From a bacterium (lineage in GTDB: Bacteria; Margulisbacteria; WOR-1; O2-12-FULL-45-9; XYB2-FULL-48-7): 10,255 bases of DNA. The notes below the pieces were generated by a model, which had not been told where the DNA came from, searched no databases, and worked only from the letters and a program-made list of their open reading frames with translations. A program made the translations under genes and the position numbers. The stretch lies in assembly GCA_043812655.1 (NCBI GenBank), contig JBDRLW010000010.1, forward strand, positions 1-10,255. Direction: 5' to 3'. This document shows positions 6,853-10,255 of the stretch, piece after piece (position 1 is the stretch's first letter; each line of letters opens with the position of its first letter).

Positions 6853-8595
6853 TTAGGCCTGTGGCCTTTTCTCCAGCTCCTCGATCTTTTCCTTCAGCTC
6901 CAGGATCTTATCCTCGCGGTCCATGGCCGCCTTGTAGAAGATCTCCAGTTCTTCCAGCTTCTTTTTCATTTCTTCATTTGTCTTTTGGCGCTCGGTGATA
7001 TCGAGTGAAACATTGGCTAAATAAAGGGGTTGGTTGTTGTCAGGGTCGTTGATGGTAAAGGTCATGGCGTCAACAGAGGCCAGTTTGCCGGTCTTAAGAT
7101 TAATATACTGCAGATTACCTTGCCAAACTTTCCCTTTGAGCAAGGCTGGGAGCAATTCGTTTTTAACCAGTGCCTGCAAATGGCTGGGGATCACCTGCAT
7201 AATGTTGTACCTTTCAACTTCGGCCGGGTCAATCCCCAGGATTTGACAGCCGGCATCATTTAAAAAGATCATATTACCATCGAGAGTCGCCAGGTTGATA
7301 AGCTCCCGGCTGTTTTTGACCACCGTTGCGAGTTTTTTCTCCTCCTCGGCCGCCCGCTTGCGCTCGGTAATGTCGAAAGAGTAGATCCGCAAGTTTCCTT
7401 GGCCGGTTGGCGAGATCGTCTGGCTGTAATAATGATCGTCAACCTTTACTTCACGGGAGAAAAATTGCTGGCCCTCTGCCTGGAACCGGCCAAGATAGTC
7501 GGTCGATCCTGCCAGGAAAGGATGTTCGGCTTGGCGTTTTTCCAGGTCAGGAAAGGCCTTGGCTGCGGCTGGATTTAAATACAGCAATTTGTTGTTTTTG
7601 TCGACTTCAACGACCGGCATCGGGTTCATCTCGGGGAATAACGCCAGGCGTTTGATCTCTTGCTCCGCTTCCTTGCGGTCCGTGATATCATGGAATATCC
7701 CCTGCAATCTTTTCTTGCCCTGGAGCCACAATACATTTGCTTTAATTTCCACTTCCCTAATCTTGCCGGTCTTGGTAATAACTTGCGTCTCTATTTTTTC
7801 CCCCTCTTTTTCATTAAGGTGCTGCTTGAATGTGGAGGAAACTTCCGTTTTGTTGCCCGTGGGCGGGTGAAGAATGGCTTGAGGCTGTCCAATTAATTCT
7901 GACCTGTCTCTGCCAACCAACTTTTCCAATGCCAGGTTGCAATCAATGATCACGCCCGTTTCAGCGTCTGCCAGGCAGAGACCGTCCAGGGCGCTGGAAA
8001 ATAAAGCTTTATATTGATTTTCGCTCTCCCGCAAGCGGGCTTCCGCCTGAAGGCGGTGGGTAACGTCTTGGCCGATAGAGAGCAAGCCGATGACTTTGCC
8101 GTCATTATCCTTGAGGGTTTTGTCGTTCCATTCGATCATAAGCTCTCGGCCGTCTTTTGTTACAATAATGTCAACATTATCCTTGGTCTGGATATTGCTG
8201 ATCGCTTTTAAAAATAATTCCCGTGTTTTTTTACAGTTGCGTTCGGGCAGGAAATTGGCAAACCAGTCTTTCCCTTTCACTTCTTCCAGGCGATAGCCGG
8301 AAAGCTGCTCCATAAAGGGGTTAAAGTTGAGGATATTTCCCTTGGTATCGAGGGTCAAGATAATGACCGGCGCGGTGTTAATGATGTTATCCAGCAGGTC
8401 TTTTTCCGATCTGATGGCCTCCTTCTCCTTGGTTATTTCTTCTCCCTGCATTTCCAGCTCGAGCTGGTGGATTTGCAGCTCCTGGAGGGTTTTTTGCTGG
8501 TCATTTGCGGATTGCGGCTGCGCTGGTTTTTTCTTTCGGCTGGAATATTTTTTTTCCGCTTCCTGGCGGATCTTGGATTTTTCTTTATCAGCCAT
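6853..8595 (-). CDS. Cytoplasmic multi-PAS (S-box) protein with about 4 PAS domains, coiled-coil termini and no output domain
   Basis: N-terminal LQELQIHQLELEMQ motif, typical of genes following CheB/CheR fusions. PAS/PAC ends QDVTHR, HDITDRK, FDITERK and LDITERQ. SD AGGAGG and an 8-nt overlap with the cheR-like gene. Confidence 0.9.
   Translation of the reverse strand: MADKEKSKIRQEAEKKYSSRKKKPAQPQSANDQQKTLQELQIHQLELEMQGEEITKEKEAIRSEKDLLDNIINTAPVIILTLDTKGNILNFNPFMEQLSGYRLEEVKGKDWFANFLPERNCKKTRELFLKAISNIQTKDNVDIIVTKDGRELMIEWNDKTLKDNDGKVIGLLSIGQDVTHRLQAEARLRESENQYKALFSSALDGLCLADAETGVIIDCNLALEKLVGRDRSELIGQPQAILHPPTGNKTEVSSTFKQHLNEKEGEKIETQVITKTGKIREVEIKANVLWLQGKKRLQGIFHDITDRKEAEQEIKRLALFPEMNPMPVVEVDKNNKLLYLNPAAAKAFPDLEKRQAEHPFLAGSTDYLGRFQAEGQQFFSREVKVDDHYYSQTISPTGQGNLRIYSFDITERKRAAEEEKKLATVVKNSRELINLATLDGNMIFLNDAGCQILGIDPAEVERYNIMQVIPSHLQALVKNELLPALLKGKVWQGNLQYINLKTGKLASVDAMTFTINDPDNNQPLYLANVSLDITERQKTNEEMKKKLEELEIFYKAAMDREDKILELKEKIEELEKRPQA
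6857..6879. repeat. Direct repeat, copy 2 (3' end of the PAS gene)
   Basis: GCCTGTGGCCTTTTCTCCAGCTC encodes ELEKRPQA on the minus strand and matches 4159-4181 at 21/23 positions. Confidence 0.85.
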
Positions 8596-10255
8596 TTTTA
8601 CCTCCTGAACGAAACCTCGTGATATCCGTAAAAGTTATCACCACGCCGTCGATCATGTTATTGTTGGTCCGGTACGGGATTATCCGCATAATATACCATT
8701 TGCCGTCATATGATTCCACCTCGATCTCTTTCTTGACCAGGTTTTCCAGGACATCACGCGCGTCGCGCTCCAGGTCCTGGTATTTTAGCGCTTGGACCAG
8801 GTCCGCCACTGGCCGGCCGATATCACCGGCGATCAGGCTGATGATCCGGGTCGCCCGCGGGGTATAACGCGTGATCTTTAGCGCATTATCCAAAAAGAGG
8901 GTGGCAATGTCGGTCGAGTCGAGCAAGTTCTTCATGTCGCTGCTGGTCAGGTTCAATTCATTATTTTTTGCCTCCAGCTCGGCGTTGACCGTGATCAGCT
9001 CTTCGTTGGTCGATTGCATCTCTTCCTTGGAAGTGGTCAGCTCCTCGTTGGTTGACTGCAATTCCTCATTGGTTGACTGCAGCTCTTCGTTGGCCGATTT
9101 CAACTCTTCCTGCGTCGTCTCCATCTCCTGCACGGTATTCTGCAGTTTTTCGCGCAGTTCCTTGAGATCGTTTTCCAGTTCGGAGATCCTTTCACCGTGT
9201 TTGCGGCCGCGAGGCGGTTTTACTTTCCCTGCCTTGACCGGCTTGGCCGCGGTCTCTTTGAAAACAATGAGCAATAAGCCGGCGACGCTTTCGGGCCGGG
9301 AGAGTGGTTTGACGATCAGGTCGATGGCCTGGTATTTGTTCCCCATTTTGATCTTGAGCCCCGGCGTTATGACCGGTTCTTGCCGCGCCAGGGCCCGGCG
9401 GATCGCCGCCGAGACCTCGGCCCGCAAGCTTTCGCGGGCCATGGCATAAATATTAAGGTTAGCTTTGCCTAAAGGAAGCTCCAGGTATTGGCCGGTACTG
9501 CCGCTGACGTAGAGGATGTCTCCTCCTTCGTTGATCAGGACCGATGGCGGGGCGTATTGGTCGATGAGCAGGCGCTCGGCGATCTCCGTGAGGCCGCTTT
9601 CCCCTTGTTTAGCCGGGTTTTGCCTTCCCGCTTTTGGGGCGGAGCCGCGGAAAGCTGTTGGGGAGGGGAGCTCGCCCAGCTCCAGCCGGTTAAAAGGCAG
9701 CTGCTTGCGCGCAAAGATCTTTTGTTTATTGCTGACGGCCTTGAACAGGCTGGCCAATCCGCTAAGCGACTCGGATGAGCCGAGGAATAAGAGGCCGTCG
9801 GCGTTCAAGGCAAAGTGGAAGAGCCGGACCAATTTCTTTTGCATCTCGTTATTCAGGTAAATTAAGAGGTTGCGGCAGCAGGCCAGGTCTAATTTAGTGA
9901 AAGGCGGGTCCATGATCAGGTTTTGCGGCGCGAAGACCATCAGGCCCCGGATCTCCGGCTTGATCTGGTAGCCGCTTTCCGATTCGGTAAAATATTTCCG
10001 CAATCGCTCCGGCGTGATATCGGCGATGATGTTCTTTGGGTATTTCCCCTGCCGCGCCCGATCGATCGCGTCCTTATCAATATCGGTCGCATAGATGCTG
10101 ACCTTGACCGGCTGGACGCCGGGGATCTTTTCCAGGCATTCCCGGATGATGATCGCCAGGGAATAAGCCTCTTCGCCGGAAGAACAGCCCGCTACCCAAG
10201 CGCGGAATTCTCTTTGTTTCGGCCAGTGGGCCAGTTTTATTCGCAGTTGTTCCTT
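8588..10255 (-). CDS. CheR-type methyltransferase with coiled coil and PAS domains (probably the C-terminal part of a CheB/CheR fusion), 5'-truncated by the window edge
   Basis: The frame is open from 10255: FRAWVAGCSSGEEAYSLAI..IYATDID..ARQGKY, then QNLIMDPPFTKLDLACCRNLLIY, LFLGSSES, EELQSTNEEL heptads and a C-terminal PAS (NLLDSTDIATLFLD..DGVVITFTDIT). Confidence 0.92.
   Translation of the reverse strand, partial: KEQLRIKLAHWPKQREFRAWVAGCSSGEEAYSLAIIIRECLEKIPGVQPVKVSIYATDIDKDAIDRARQGKYPKNIIADITPERLRKYFTESESGYQIKPEIRGLMVFAPQNLIMDPPFTKLDLACCRNLLIYLNNEMQKKLVRLFHFALNADGLLFLGSSESLSGLASLFKAVSNKQKIFARKQLPFNRLELGELPSPTAFRGSAPKAGRQNPAKQGESGLTEIAERLLIDQYAPPSVLINEGGDILYVSGSTGQYLELPLGKANLNIYAMARESLRAEVSAAIRRALARQEPVITPGLKIKMGNKYQAIDLIVKPLSRPESVAGLLLIVFKETAAKPVKAGKVKPPRGRKHGERISELENDLKELREKLQNTVQEMETTQEELKSANEELQSTNEELQSTNEELTTSKEEMQSTNEELITVNAELEAKNNELNLTSSDMKNLLDSTDIATLFLDNALKITRYTPRATRIISLIAGDIGRPVADLVQALKYQDLERDARDVLENLVKKEIEVESYDGKWYIMRIIPYRTNNNMIDGVVITFTDITRFRSGGKNG

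Noticed and set aside
8995..9115. 21-bp periodic repeats (e.g. CTCCTCGTTGGTTGACTGCA variants)
   Set aside because: They encode the usual NEELQST heptad coiled coil of CheB/CheR fusions, vary at synonymous positions and have no spacers, so this is not CRISPR or a DNA-level element.
866..9860. Plus-strand and nested ORFs (e.g. 866-1240, 1035-1781, 3517-4212, 8871-9449)
   Set aside because: They are antisense or off-frame shadows of well-supported minus-strand genes and show no recognisable motifs.
10001..10003. ORF-track TTG start for the CheR protein
   Set aside because: The frame stays open to the window edge and includes the CheR SAM-binding motif (AGCSSGEE) upstream of this codon.

Overview
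Bacterial genomic window. It carries a minus-strand signalling operon: a 5'-truncated CheR/coiled-coil/PAS protein, a multi-PAS protein, an XylR_N/V4R protein and a 7TM-PAS histidine kinase. Two accessory insertions interrupt the operon. The first is a 2.7-kb islet (AbiEi/AbiEii type IV toxin-antitoxin pair plus an AAA_14/DUF4143 ATPase), in which each unit has its own perfect sigma70 promoter, bounded by 23-bp direct repeats that duplicate the PAS gene 3' end. The second is a 444-bp unit made of a four-helix-bundle gene between inverted heptamer arrays. Removing both inserts in silico restores a compact operon, including an ATGA overlap and a Shine-Dalgarno site for the kinase. A related ~19-bp motif lies at the stop codon of four successive units, suggesting an integrase-less cassette array. 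The left end holds a RAYT (HUH/Y1) transposase between two inverted GTAG REP hairpins, and a small holin-like membrane protein. All family assignments come from motif recognition, not database searches.
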